From NCBI RefSeq assembly GCF_044704955.1, contig NC_091988.1, forward strand, positions 84,754,001-84,818,000: DNA of 64,000 nt, written 5' to 3'. Origin of the DNA: Pristiophorus japonicus (taxonomy: Eukaryota). Positions 23,301 to 37,400 of this stretch are shown here, piece after piece; the stretch's first letter is position 1; the number at the start of each line of letters is the position of its first letter. Position numbers and translations under genes: made by a program. The notes under the pieces were generated by a model. The model did no database searches. It had not been told where the DNA came from and saw only the letters and a list, made by a program, of their open reading frames with translations.

Positions 23301-24600
23301 TAAGCATCGCCGCCGCAAAAAACGAATCGAGGATCGCGACAGGGTGAAAAACATCTGACCGACAGATTTTTCGCCGCGGAGGGTCAAAACCTGGCAAAAA
23401 CCCGATCGCAAATGACCCCAAAATCCAGCCCAAGTTCTTTCTTTCTTTTCACTGGGTGTACAAATGGATTGTCCATTTTACCATAGTAGAACCACACTAA
23501 AACATGGCACATCGGGACACTTCCTCCAATGGGGCCGCGCCACACTACCTGAGCACAGCTTCTGCCGAAACCAAACCACAAGTTCCTGAGGCGGCGGTTA
23601 ATCCCCCCAATAAACCACAGCCAGCTTCCTCCACATCTTCCTGCCAAGGTCATGAAGGGTTGCAGCTACATGAGTGACTTTTGTTTTTGCTGTACATTTG
23701 GTGGTTTAGGCTTGATTTTCTGAGATTGGTTGGGACACAGTTGGAGTTCCATGCTGTTTGTGACTTGTAGAAAGAATCATGGGAACTGATTACTAAATAT
23801 TCAAAGGTTCTTTATGCAAAAATGCTTGGAAAGATTGAGGCATTTTTCATCAAATTGAGGTGCCTCTAGAGTAAAGGCAGAACATGCTTATGGTGAAATT
23901 GTACTGAGGAAACCTAGACTGAAGACAATCCTTTTGAAGGAATTGTCAGGATTGTTTAAATTTGGAATGTTATGTCTTGCATAGTCAGACTAGATACTGC
24001 GAGCTCAAAGTAAGATGTGACCATAGTCCTTTTATTACAGATCAGAGTAGCCTGTGAGACCTCTTTTTTTTTTAAATATATAATGATGCTCCCATGGCAT
24101 ACTGGGTTACCTTGGGACTCCAGGGGATAAGTCCTCTGGTGGTTTGACATGGTATTTAAAGGTTTACATGCATCACCATAAGTGACCATAAAGTACTGAG
24201 GCCCAATGGAGCAGTTATCCCTAGTGCTGTCTTCCATCCCTAAACCCCTCTGCCTTTCTACCACTCCATCTGTTTATGGTACTTATTCAAACTTTGCTTA
24301 AGTGGCCAAGCCTTTCGTCAAATATCTTGCGTCGATTGGTGCCAAACTTTTTTTTTTGAACCTCCCGTGAAGTGCCTTAATGTTTTACGATGTCAAGTGA
24401 GTTATATAAATGCATAAGTGCTTGATTGAGGTTCCCTTCCCCCAGAGGCTGAAATATCTCTTCAAATGCATTTGGATAGGGCTGGGACTCTATAATAGAA
24501 GTATGAATTGCTGTGTGTTTCTCTAAACACTGCTCTCTTGTCCAAGAATAACTCCCTTGTTCTGTACCTGACCCTGACCAGATCACATTTTCTCTCCCAG

Positions 24601-26190
24601 ATGACGGACGACCTGCTGATTTACACCACCCACCTGTACTACAAGCCGAGCCATATTGGAGGAGTCATTGTGAGAACCAGTGGAGCAGTGGTCCCTATTG
24701 TGTGCCATTATCCCAGGTAAGGTAGATGATTGACAGGCTCTCCTTTCCTCAAACGGCGGTTGGGGGTGGTGGGGTTTGTGAATTGGAAGTTAAGCTGGCC
24801 GCCTTCCTTCCCAAAGGAAGAGGACAGTGAGCAGCAATGCGATCAAGCCCACCTGGGTCCCCTTCTCCTCCACCAAGGCAGGAGAGGGACGTCTGTCATT
24901 CTCCCTGCGTCTGATGACTGGTAAGTGATCGTCAATTGTCTACCATGCCTGTTTTACCCATTCCTTGGAATCAAGTGAGGAACCCAAAGCTTGTGTTCCT
25001 GTGCTCATTCTCTTTCCCTTTCCAGCTAACTGGAGTGCAGAGCGTACCTCCAATATCTACCACCTGGGTGACCTCATTCACATCGAGGCCTCTGTGATGA
25101 CCGTGAACCACATGCCTCTGAAGCTCTATATTGACCGCTGTATAGCTACACTGAGCCCAGACCAGGACTCCACCCCCAGATACAACATTATTGACTTCAA
25201 CGGGTAAGGTCTTTATCTGGGCTGCATAAGTCACACTCCTAACTGTTTGGCGGAGGGAATCCATTCTTAATGATGCAGCTCTTTCCGACCCTCTTTCCAG
25301 TTGCCTGTTGGACAGCCGAGATGAAGACTCTTTTTCTTCCTTCGTGTCACCACGAGATCACCTGGATAAGCTTCAGTTCAAGCTGGATGCATTCCGCTTC
25401 TTTGAAGACGACAGGGACTTGGTAAGAGGAGACCAGATGTTGAGATGGTGAGCGTTTGACACTGAGTAACTCCTGCATGTGTCTCCTGCAGATCTTCATC
25501 ACTTGCCACCTGAAAGTAGCTGCAGCAGATCAAAGGCCAGATTCAGTCAACAAAGCTTGTTCCTTCCAGAAGCCAGCCAACCGGTGAGTGAATTCTAACC
25601 AACAATGGTGATCGTCTTTGGTCAGAATGCATCCATATGCCAATTGTGTGCTTCCTTGTTTGTTTAGATGGTCCCTGGTGACTGAATTGGACCTGTCCAT
25701 GGTGGAAGGATCTAATGAGGTTTGTGCCTGTTGTGATGGGGGCAACTGTGGAGCCTCGAGATTGCGATCTGGAGGAAGACTTCACTCCAGGGACAGGAGG
25801 GAAGTCCTATCTGAGCTGGGTATGTTGTGGTGGTATTGGGTGTTGGGGCTATTGTTCGATGTTTGTTTGTAACTGGATGGAATGAATTGTTGCAGAGTCG
25901 GAGCCTGTGTGGGAGGGTGAAGTTTCCCTTGGACCACTGATCGTTCTGGATGCTGATCTGAAGGACCTGGTCCATTCGATGGGAAGTGAAGCTGTCGAGA
26001 CTCGTGAGGAGATTCCGAGTTCTTCTCCAGGTGAGTGTTGATTTTGAGAACCCAATTCCAGTCTAGTGACTCCTGACTCAATGGCTTCTCATTCTCTGCA
26101 GGTGAGGTGCTTCTGGTTGTGACGTTGGCAGTTGGGGCCCTGATCTCAGCCACTCTGGTGGCCGCCTTCCTCTTTAGGAAACACACCTGA
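24601..26190 (+). pseudogene. ZP3: ZP3 copy G3, 5'-truncated (no promoter or exon 1); exons 2-9 intact
   Basis: Exons 24601-24716, 24817-24920, 25026-25203, 25301-25421, 25492-25583, 25668-25819, 25896-26030, 26102-26190 have normal lengths and splice sites. Upstream spacer joins directly to intron-1 sequence at 23652-23656. Confidence 0.9.
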
Positions 26191-29100
26191 ATCCTTTCTC
26201 ATTTGGGCTTTTCTATCATTTGTCAAAAAATGGAGTAATAAATTTGAAATGTGAAGTGCTTGAATTAGTCTTTGGTCTTGGTGTTTTGAACTTCAATTGT
26301 TTCAAAGGCCCTTTTGCCTGTGTTTAAATTCCACATTTCCCTTGTAACTGTTTTTATAAAAAAAAAATGACTAAATTTCTAGTGCAGCTGCTTGTGCTAT
26401 CATGATACTGGTCACGGCGACCATCCCACTCCCACTTTCCCTAATGAGCCCCCATTCTCTCCGACTGTTTCCAGCACATTAGTCGGTCCCGGTTCTCTGA
26501 TTCAGTAAAATGGCCTTTTGCCCATCTGCAATATTTTACATCAGTTAAAGGCCACAGGGTTTTATTTTCATCCCAAATTGGTCCCAGTAGTGTGCAGATC
26601 ATTGTTGGAAGGTTGAAATCCCAGCTGGAACATAATATTGAGTGAAAAATTGGGTCTGCCTATGTGGCCCTCCTTGGTAGAGCAAGGCTGCTAATGCTCA
26701 CAGGTGAAGAATGAATGAGTTTAGGCAGCAAAGGGCAGCCAACACCCTTGTAACTATTGGTGTGAGTCAACCATTCAGCAGAGAAAATGAGGGCCAGGGT
26801 GGAGTTACTGCAGATTATATAAATGTGTTTGCAAACTGTTGCTGGTAATGGTGCCATTCAACTAGGCTTTCTCCCAAAAGACTGACTCACTGACCCTCGA
26901 AGCTCCTTTACTCCCTGCACCTGCTGCCTATTTCCTTTCCCCTTCACTTGATTGACAAACCTGACCGCACAAATAATACATGGGAGAAAAAATCCAAACT
27001 GAAGTGTAGCCTCGATTGGCTGATTTCAATAGTCGCAGGATACTTGAAGTGGGCTAGTGTTGCAGCTGCTGACGTATGCAGGAAGAGGATTTGGGAAGTG
27101 AGGGGTGAAATTCTTCCAGGAAAAGGAAGACCAACCAACGTAACATGGTGTTGGAACAAGTGGCGGTGGTGAGGGATGAATTATCATAAGCTGCGGAGAG
27201 ATTAAGGTGGCAGACCAGTGCTGCCAGCTTTCTCCATTCAGTGAGCAGGTCCCTGGGCTTTGTGGCCGCTGCTACCATCACAAACATTGGAGGGGGGGTG
27301 CAGTGTTGTGTTTGGATCACAGCCACCATTTTGCTTGGCTGGATTCCCACCTAATATGGCATGTTTTTTTTTAAAGCTGACTTATTAAAGTTTTTAAATC
27401 AGTGGTGAGAATCCTGAACCTACCACTGAGTGGTTGAAACAAATAGCATGGGTGTATATAGAGGGAGGTTGGACCAGCATGTCGGAGAAGGGATATGCTG
27501 CTAGATTTCAATGAAAGACTGGAGGAGACTCGAGTGGAGCATGGACTGATTGGGCAGAATGAACTGTTTCTGTGCTGTATATCCTGTGTAAAATCCCAGG
27601 CTGCTTGGCAAGCCATTTGCAATATTTTTGCAGACCATTGGTTGAGCACCTCTGATCTGAAAGACATGAGACCAGATTTGGAGGCCTAGATTTTACTGAT
27701 TCTCTCCACCTGCCACTTTGGGGTCAGTTGAAACTCAGCAGTACCTGAGTTTAAAAGGATGGAACCTGCACGCATACAGCAGGGTAGGAGGCCACTTGAC
27801 CCTTTTTGCCTGTATTTAATATTGAAGCATGGAAAATAGGAGCAGTAGTAGGCTGTTTGATCCTGTACCACCATTCAATATGATGATGTCTGATCCTCTC
27901 TCTCTCCCCTCCTCACCATATTCCTGCTTTCTCTCCATACTCCTTTGTCTTGCTATATCTCAAATATATTCCATGACTTAATTTCCACAGCCTTCTGTGG
28001 TAGAGAATTCCACAGGTTCACCACCCTCTGAAGAAATTTCTCATGTCCTAAATTTCCTACCCCTTATCCTGAGACACTGACCCCTTGTTCTAGACTTCCC
28101 AGCCAGGGGCAATATCCAGTCTGTCCAACCCCATCAAAATTTTATATATTTCACTGAGCTCTCCTCATTCTGCTAAACTCTAGTGAATACAGGCCTAGTT
28201 GACTGATTTCTCGCCTCATACGAGTCTTGCCATCCCAAGGAATCAGTCTGGTGACCCTTTGCTGCACTCCCTCTATGGAAAGTATAACCTTTAGTACTTT
28301 AAATCTATCATCTGGTGACTGACCCTTCTGCTAGAAAGTGTTCTCCTTCCCATTCCTTATGAAAACCTTCATAACTTTTTGAAAGTCTCTATTAAATCTC
28401 CACTCCTCTGGATTAAATATTGTGCCTTTAAATGGATGTAAGTAATAAGGAGCTGCTGCCATCTTTCTGCAGAAGGTAGATGGGGTTACAGACATCCAGC
28501 ATTCAGTCAGCCAGGAAGTTGTGTGAGCAGGTTCTAGTCTCTCTCCAGTGCCAAGGGAATAGACCAAAGCAGCATCTCCTTAATTGGCCACTGCAGGTAG
28601 GTATGTTTTGGCCTCTGTGTACTGTAACTTCACTAAATGTGATCCATATTTAATATCCCTCAAGGGTTAGTTGTAATTGTCTTAATTTTCTATGGGTACA
28701 TAAAGAAAGAATAGTTAAGGTAAATGTTGGCTGCAGTCATTGAATATATTTAAGCTGGTGATAGGTTTTTGAGCGGGCAGGGAAGGGAGCTGAGTTCATT
28801 ATCAGGTCAGCCATGATCTTATTAATTGGTGGAGCATGCTCGAGGGACCAGGTTGCCAACTCCTGCACCTATTATTCTCATACTACTTCTGGGCTCCCTG
28901 ACCAGAGGAAATATTTTTCCCCACCAATTCCTTTTAACCTACATCTCAATTCGATCACCCTTTTTCCTTCTTTACTCAAGGAATACGAACCTAGTCGAAG
29001 CAGCCTGTTTGTATAATTTAGCCCTAGTATCATTCTGATAAATATTGGCCAGAACATGTAGAGGACTGACCTCTTTTCAATAGTCCCATCGGATATTTTA

Positions 29101-32100
29101 CGGCCGCTAGAGAGGCCAGATGGAGCCACGGTTGAACGTCCCATCAGAAAGACGAACCTCTACCAATGCAGTGCTCCTTCAGTATTCAACTAGTGTTGGC
29201 CTGGATTTTGTGCTGCAGTCTCTGGAGAGGGATTTGCATACATGATCTTCTGACCTCAGGTAGGGGTGCTACCTACTGAGGCAAATTCAATGTCTGATCT
29301 CCTCTGTACTAAACATTGTTAATGGTACTGAGGCCAACAGAGCAGAAAATCCCAGATTCGATGCTTGGTCTGCTCAGTGTTTGCCAATCTCAGCAAGGGG
29401 AGCAGTGTGGGGGAATAGAGTTGGCCTCTGACTCTTGGCTAGTGCGGTGGCAAGTTAGCTGAAGATTCTTGCTCCTGATCACCATCCGGACATCCTGTCT
29501 GGAAAGTGCAGTTATGAGGAGTGGATTCAAATTTCTGATGCTGTTTTCCAATCCCCCACCCTCAACCCAACACTCCCTCAATATCCCTTTCCCAACTCCA
29601 CCCCTAGGCTGGAATCAGTATAAAACTCCCCTTGGGCTGTACTTGTAAACTTTTTGTATATATAAAGCACCATGATCTGAAAACACCATGTAATGCAAGT
29701 TCTGTTCAGTAATGTATGTTGCAAAGAAATCTAACTGTAACCTCACCCATTCCATGTACTGTAATTTGATGACTGTATTACAATGTATCCTGAATTGTAC
29801 CTCTGCAATGTAAAGCAAGCAAATGTATTGAATGGAACTGCTGTCAGTATCCAACTGTATTGTATTAAATTGCTGACCACATCCAACTGTACTGAACTGC
29901 TTTTCAATGTATTTTGAATATAAAAATTTACAATTATACTTGGAAATGAAACAAAAACTCCACTTCCCTACCCTACCACGGTCAAGTAACGAAAACATGC
30001 ATTGGCTGGGCATACAAGAACAGCAGCCAATCAGGGTGAGGAATCTCTTTGAATCAATGCCTTCAGGCAAGGAGAACATTGGAGTGGGGAACAAAAAGAC
30101 CCAAACTAAAACAAATTGAGCTTTCTTCTTTGGGCTTTTGGGATTCAAGGTATGGATTTGACCCAGCCTGATGAAATGGAAGACTCTATACTCTCTTTCT
30201 CCCTTTCTTTTTTTTTACTCCCTCCTGCCTTTAATGGTCCTGCCTGAAATAAGTTAGAGGATAATCTCCACTCTTTCCAACCCAGACCCACAGCACAAAA
30301 CTAACTCTCAATCAGGTGCTTAAAAATGGTCGTTCTCACTCTCCCAGCTCACAAGGAGTGTCTAGTGTGAGATGGGGTAATGCCACACTGGTATAGGGGT
30401 TCTTGACCATGTCTGCGCAGTGTTAATTTTCATTGTTGGGGTCAGCATTCCTCTTCCCAAATCTCCAACCACCATTGTAAAAGGTCTGGGAATCTGGTTC
30501 GAAAATGAAATTGTGGGGAAAACTTGCCCGCCCTGGATATAGGGCTGCCAACGCTCCAGGATTATCCTGGAGTCTACACCAAATAAAGATAAATCTCCAC
30601 GACACTGCTGCAAGCAGAAAAATCACAGGAGCATTAAAATAAATTGTCGTCTTCATTTTCTCTGAGTACTTCTGTTTATTGATGATAAAAATATTGGAGA
30701 AAGGATAAAATGGTTATCTGACTGGGAATCAAAAATCACCTGCGTGGGTAAGGAAATGACTCCACTCTCCAATCAGGATGGGAAGGTGGGGTGCCCTCAG
30801 GATGAACGTGTTGGTGGAGGGGTTGGAGGTCATGTGATGAAACCTCCAGGAATATGTCCAAAGAGGAGTTGGCCGTTCTGCCTGGGTATCGGAACACTCC
30901 GACTGGGTTACCGCCTCCGCATCTTATTCATTCATAGAGTAGCTTTATATATTACACGAGTCGATCTCTCCTGGTGTTGTTCATGGGAAGTCCAGGATCT
31001 CTTTCTTGATAACTATAGGGGCCCTGTGGAAGATTATACATAATAGAGGCCCAACTGGTCAGCCATGGTGCAATAGGTAACATGCTCGCACCTCAGTCAG
31101 AAGGTTGTGGGTTCAAGTCCCACTTGAGGGAGTTGAGCAGGTAATCCAGGCCAACACTTCCAGTGCAGTACTGAGAGAGTGCTGCACTGTCGGAGGTGCC
31201 GTCTTACGGATAAGACATTAAACTGAGACTCTGCCTGTAATTCTGTCATTACAACTGTGACCACACTTCAAAAATTCTTTGTTGACTGTAAAGTGCTTTT
31301 GGATGTTCCGTGGTTGTGAAATGTGCTATATAGACACAAGGGGCGAGATCTTCGGCTTTCCGTCTTCAGGGTGAAAACAGAGGCGAGGCAGGAAATTTAC
31401 TGCCCAATTAACGTTAGCGATTAATTGCTTAACTTTCAACATTTGGGCTCTGTGCCAGAGGTGGAGCGCAAAGGGAGGCGTTGAACTACTTTTGCAGCGC
31501 AAAAACAGGAACCTCGCCAACTTTAGTGCGGGGCCAGGAGCGCTCAGAGAGAGGCCTTGGGAGGGGAAAAAACGTCAAAAAATCATTAAAGAAACATTGC
31601 CAACACCCTTATCTCACAAATTGCTGCAAAAATGAAAACATTAAAAATTTTAACTTACCTTTTTTCCAGTTTATCCAACTCACCACCGTCGACAGGGCTG
31701 TGTTTTCCCTGGTGGTCATCGTGGGGCGCGTTTCGTGGCGTACGGGTCGAGTGAGACTCGAAACTCGCAGCGGTGTCACAATGTGAGCCGGTGCACACCT
31801 GGCGCAGCTCTCCCCGGTGTTTCTAAGCATCGCCGCCGCAAAAAACGAATCGAGGATCGCGACAGGGTGAAAAACAGCTGACCGACAGATTTTTCGCCGC
31901 GGAGGGCCAAAACCTGGCAAAAACCCGATCGCAAATGACCCCAAAATCCAGCCCAAGTTCTTTCTTTCTTTTCACTGAGTGTACAAATGGATTGTCCATT
32001 TTACCATAGTAGAACCACACTATAACATGGCACATCGGGACACTTCCTCCAATGGGGCCGCGCCACACTACCTGAGCACAGCTTCTGCCGAAACCAAACC

Positions 32101-34309
32101 ACAAGTTCCTGAGGCGGCGGTTAATCCCCCCAATAAACCACAGCCAGCTTCCTCCACATCTTCCTGCCAAGGTCATGAACAACACACCACAGCACTCCAT
32201 AAACCAATTAATCAGCAAGGCCAAGAATTATAGCAGGGCATTGGTTGACTTTCCCCCCTTCCATAACCGACACTAAGGCAAATTGATCAACACCATGGGC
32301 CAAGATTAGTAAGCTCAGGACAAGTTCAGAAGTTAAATGTGGTGTCTGCTTGCCTGTCTGGTTCAGTTCCACCCTGTCCATCCTGAGTGAGCTATTGGGT
32401 CGTAGATCAGGAGCTGGGATTCCAGGTCAGGGACTAAGGAGTGAGCAGGGGAAGGTTGGAGAGGGGGCGGAGGGCTCCGGGGAGGTCCCAGAGTAACAGA
32501 AGAGGGTGGGGGCGGGAAGGTAGGGGAAGGGGATGGGGGGCAGGGACAGTTGCAGGGGGTGGGGTCTGGACCAGCTGGTTTGGCAGGGCTCGGACAGGGG
32601 GCGGGGAACAGTGCGAGTGGTGAGGTGCTGGGGCACATAGTGGCCAGTTGAAGGGGAAAGGTGTGGGAATAGGGACGGGGGGTGGGTGGGGCTAGGAGGT
32701 AGGTAACAGACATTGAGGTGCAGGAATTGTGGATGGGGTGGGGTCAGTAGGTGGCAGCATCAGTGGGGGGAGGGGGCAGGGGATAGTTAGCAGGGTGCTG
32801 GAATTGGGGATGTGGGTGAGCTCAGGAGCCAGGAGTGGGAGAGGAGGGAAGCTCAAGTGGCAAAAGAATTTTCAATAATAATCGAGAGAAAAGAAGAATT
32901 CTGTAATAATTTGACCTCTGACCCAGGGCCTGGCGAAGACAAATATTCACAGGCCCAGACTGAGTGCAGCCCACGGGTTGGGATGGTTCACTCAGCCTTC
33001 CTGTCTCTCCTCCTCGGTCTTGTCCATGCTCAGGTGGCCCTGGAGAGGGAGCATGCGGTGCCCATTGGTACACTCGAGTCCTCCTGCAACCGATGGGTAC
33101 CGCAGGGAAAGGAAAGTCTTATCGACACGAGTAATAATATTGTGATTTACTTTATGAGTTTATTTTAGTTTAATAGGTGATGATGTTTAATTATATTAGT
33201 GGTGCCGCCTCAGTTTAAGGGGCATTTGTGCAGCTGCCTCTCTGTTGGTGGAACTGGGCAATCCAGCATCACTTCTATTGATTTATTAAAATAAACCAAG
33301 ACATGACCAATTCTCCACATGCAATCAGCTATTGGACCTCAACAGGTCACTACAGACTGCATCAGGCTGTAGGGCAGTTAACCTGTTTAGATCTGAATCC
33401 GATCTCACTCTGAACAAGTCTCCAATCGTTTTCGGGTCTTGCACCAAAAGGATTATAAAAGAGCCCATGTACAGCTTTAAAACTAACAACAACCTGCACT
33501 TATGTAGCACCTTTAACATCATAAGATGACCCAAGGAGCTTCACAGGAAAGTTATCAAACACAATTTGACACTGAGTCACAAGTGGAGATATTAGAACAG
33601 GTGATCAAAAACTTGTCAAATAGATAGGTCTTAAAGAGCGTCTTACAGGAGGACAAAAGCAAAATACTCCAGGTGCTGGAAATTTGAAATAAAAATAAAA
33701 CATTTTGGAAATACTCAGCAGGTCAGGCAACATTTTGGAGAGAGAAACACAGTTAACGTTTCAGGTCGATGAACTTCCATGAGAATTTAATGTCGATGAC
33801 CTTTCATCAGCGTCTGAAAGGAGGAGAAATGCAGAGAGGAGGAGAGGTTCAGGGAGGATATCACAGAGCTCAGGGCAAAGGCAGTTGAAGGCACAGCCAC
33901 CAATGTTGGAGCAATCGAAATCAGGGAGATGCAAGAGTCCACAATTGGAGGAGTGCAGAGATCTCGGAGCGTTGCAGGGTTAGAGGACCCGAGGCAGGGG
34001 CGGAGTCGGGCAGTGGTACAGAGATGGAAATAGACTTCTTTCAGTTCAACATTATCAAAGCTCTTAATAAAATATAGCTCTGTATTTATCTGAAGTTGTA
34101 AAGTATGATTAAATTTACATAGTTTGAATAGAATGTATGTTCTTTAGGTGTCTGTATATGTTTCTTTCATTATATTCTGTTTCAGTAAATGTTCAGTACA
34201 TCAAAAAACAAAAGCTGAATTTGTCTTGTTCCCAGAGACCCAGATAGTCTCCAACCTGGAGCATCTCCCGATCACTAACCAGTCTGTGTGAAAAACTTTC
34301 TGGAAACAA

Positions 34310-34401
34310 CCAATTAGTAAGATTGTTGGATAGTCTATTGGTTTAGTTTAGCCACACCTGCTCCAATTGTTTTCAGGTGATGGCAGGCTGTGTGTATAAA
34401 A
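34310..34401 (+). promoter_or_regulatory. ZP3 G4 proximal promoter
   Basis: Same motif set; TATAAAA 34395-34401. Confidence 0.7.
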
Positions 34402-34453
34402 GGGGATCAGGGGACTCCCCACAGAGAACAGTTGAGCTGCAGTAGTTTGTATT

Positions 34454-37400
34454 ATGGGGCAACTAGTGAAGGGTTTGGTGCTTCTACTGGTTTTGATCGG
34501 AGTGGTTTGTTGCTCTGATACCAGGCAGCAGTTTAGAAACTTGGACTTCCCATGGAGCATTGACAAGGCCACTCGTGTCCCTCCAGGCCCAGCTTTTGGT
34601 TCTGGTTTCAGTAAGTCTGAGGGGCGAAGTGTGTCTCCACTGCAGACTGTGATGGTGCAGTGTGGAGAGCAGAACCTGCTGGTCAGTGTACAGATGGATT
34701 TATTTGGAACCAGGCACCTGATTAAAGCAGCTGATCTGACCCTGGGGTCAACAGGTTGTCGGCCAACTGGGGTCTACTCTCAGAACCACACCGTCCTATT
34801 TCATTATGGGCTCCATGAATGTGACAGCACAGTAAAGGTAATGTGATTCTTGATCTAAAACCTTCTGCAAACAAAGGGCCCCTGGGAGGAGGAACACTGG
34901 CATGGACTAGTTGGGCTGACTGGACTGTTTGTGCTGAACATTCTATGAAATATATGGACCTGTAACAATATGATTTTAATGTAAGCTTTCATTTTGATTG
35001 GGCTTTATGTTCAGAATATTTTAGTGAGGCCTGTTTAAATGAGATACTCATGGAGGTTTCTTTCCCTGATTCAACCTTTTATTGATTGAAAATAAACTGG
35101 TCATCTGGACTGAAGTACATGGTTACTAGACTGTCTTGAGCAATGTAACAGTGGAGGGTGAGATGAAGGATTGTGGCTACATGGGTGACTTTTTTTGATG
35201 TACATTTGCTGGTTTAGTTTTGATTTGAGATTGGTTGGGACACAGTTGGAGTTCCATGCTATTTTTGACTTGTAGAAAGAATCATGGGAACTGATTGCTA
35301 AATATTCAAGTGTTCTTTATGCAAAAATGCTTGGAAAAATTGAGGCATTTTTCATCAAATTAAGCTGCCCCTAGAGTAAAGGCAGAACATGCTTATGGTG
35401 AAATTGTACTGAGGAAACCTAGACTGAAGACAATCCTTTGAAGGAATTCTCAGGATTGTTGAAATTTGGAATGTTATGTCTTGAATAGTCAGACTAGATA
35501 CAGCAAGCTCAAAGTAAGCTGTGACCATAGTCCTTTTTATTACAGATCAGAGTCCCCTGAGACCTATTGATATATAAAAATATAATATATTATTTACAGC
35601 TTTATATGCATCACCATGTGACCATAAAGTACTGAGACCCAATGGAGCAGTTATCCCTGGTGCTGTCTTCCATCCCTAAACCCCTCTGCCTTTCTACCAC
35701 TCCATCTGTTTATGGCACTTATTAAAACTTTGTTTGTGGCCAAGCCTTTGGTCAAATATCTTGTGTTGATTTGGTGCCAAACTTTTTTTCTGAACCTCCC
35801 TGTGAAGTGCCTTAATGTTTTACAATGTCAAGTGAGTTTTATATAAATGCACAAGTGCTTGATTGTGGTTCACTTCCCCCAGAGGCCTACAATATCTCCA
35901 AATGGATTTGGATAGGGCTGGGACTCTAATTAATAGAAGTATGAATTGCTGTGTGTGTTTCTCCAAACACTGCTCTCTTGTCCAAGAATAACTCCCTTGT
36001 TCTGTACCTGACCAGATCACATTTTCTCTCCCAGATGACGGATGACCTGCTGATTTACACCAGCCACCTGTACTACAGGCCAAGCCATATTGGAGTCATT
36101 GTGAGAACCAGTGGAGTAGTTGTCCCTATTGTGTGCCATTATCCCAGGTAAGGTGGATGATTGACAGGCTCTCCTTTTCTCTGATGGGGTAGTGAATTGG
36201 AAGTAAAACTTGCCTTGCTCCTTCCCACAGGAAGAGGACAGTGAGCAGCAATGCGATCAAGCCCACCTGGGTCCCCTTCTCCTCCACCAAGGCAGGAGAG
36301 GGACGTCTGTCGTTCTCCCTGCGTCTGATGACTGGTAAGTGATCGTCAATTATCTACTATGCCTGTTTTACCCATTCCTTGGAATCCAGTGAGGAACCCA
36401 AAGCTTGTGTTCCTGCTCTCATTCCCTTTCCCTTTCCAGCTAACTGGAGTGCAGAGCGTACCTCCAATATCTACCACCTGGGTGACCTCATTCACATCGA
36501 GGCCTCTGTGATGACCGTGAACCACATGCCTCTGAAGCTCTATATTGACCGCTGTATAGCTACACTGAGCCCAGACCAGGACTCCACCCCCAGATACAAC
36601 ATCATTGCCTTCAACGGGTAAGGTCTTTATCTGGGCTGCATATGTCACTCTCATAACTGTTTGGCGGAGGAAATCCATTCTTAATGATGCAGCTCTTTCT
36701 GACCCTCTTTCCAGTTGCCTGTTGGACAGCCGAGACGAAGACTCCTTTTCTTCCTTCGTGTCACCGCGAGATCACCTGGAGAAGCTTCAGTTCAAGCTGG
36801 ATGCATTCCGCTTCTTTGAAGACGACAGGGACTTGGTAAGAGGAGACCAGATGTTGAGACAGTGAGCGTTTGACACTGAGTAACTTGTGCATGTGTCTCC
36901 TGCAGATCTTCATCACTTGCCACCTGAAAGTAGCTGCAGCAGATCAAAGGCCAGATTCAGTCAACAAAGCTTGTTCCTTCCAGAAGCCAGCCAACCAGTG
37001 AGTGAAATCTAACCAACAATGGTGATCCTCTTTGGTCAGAATGAATCCATATGCCAATCGTGTGCTTCCTTGTTTGTTTAGATGGTCCCTGGTGACTGAA
37101 TTGGACCTGTCCATGGTGGAAGTATCCAATGAGGTTTGTGCCTGTTGTGATGGGGGCAACTGCGGAGCCTCGAGATTGCGATCTGGAGGAAGACTTCACT
37201 CCAGGGGCAGGAGAGAGGTCCTATCTGAGCTGGGTATGTTGTGGTGGTATTGGGTGTTGGGGCTATTGTTTGACGTTTGTTTGTAACTGGATGGAATGAA
37301 TTGTTGCAGAGTCTGAGCCTGTGTGGGAGGGTGAAGCCTCCCTTGGACCCCTGATCATTCTGGATGCTGATCTGAAGGACCTGGTCCATTCGATGGGAAG

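Larger units (their letters stand above)
23652..35230 (+). repeat. Segmental duplicate of 51121-64000 (G3-spacer-G4 start vs G5-spacer-G6 start)
   Basis: Near-identical by eye, sharing diagnostic variants. Offset is 27469 before and 28766 after the approximately 1.3-kb deletion at 28730. Confidence 0.9.

Noticed and set aside
24601-24716. G3 as an independent gene starting at the exon-2 ATG
   Set aside because: The ATG is in frame, but there is no promoter evidence or signal peptide and three of the four ZP-N cysteines would be missing.
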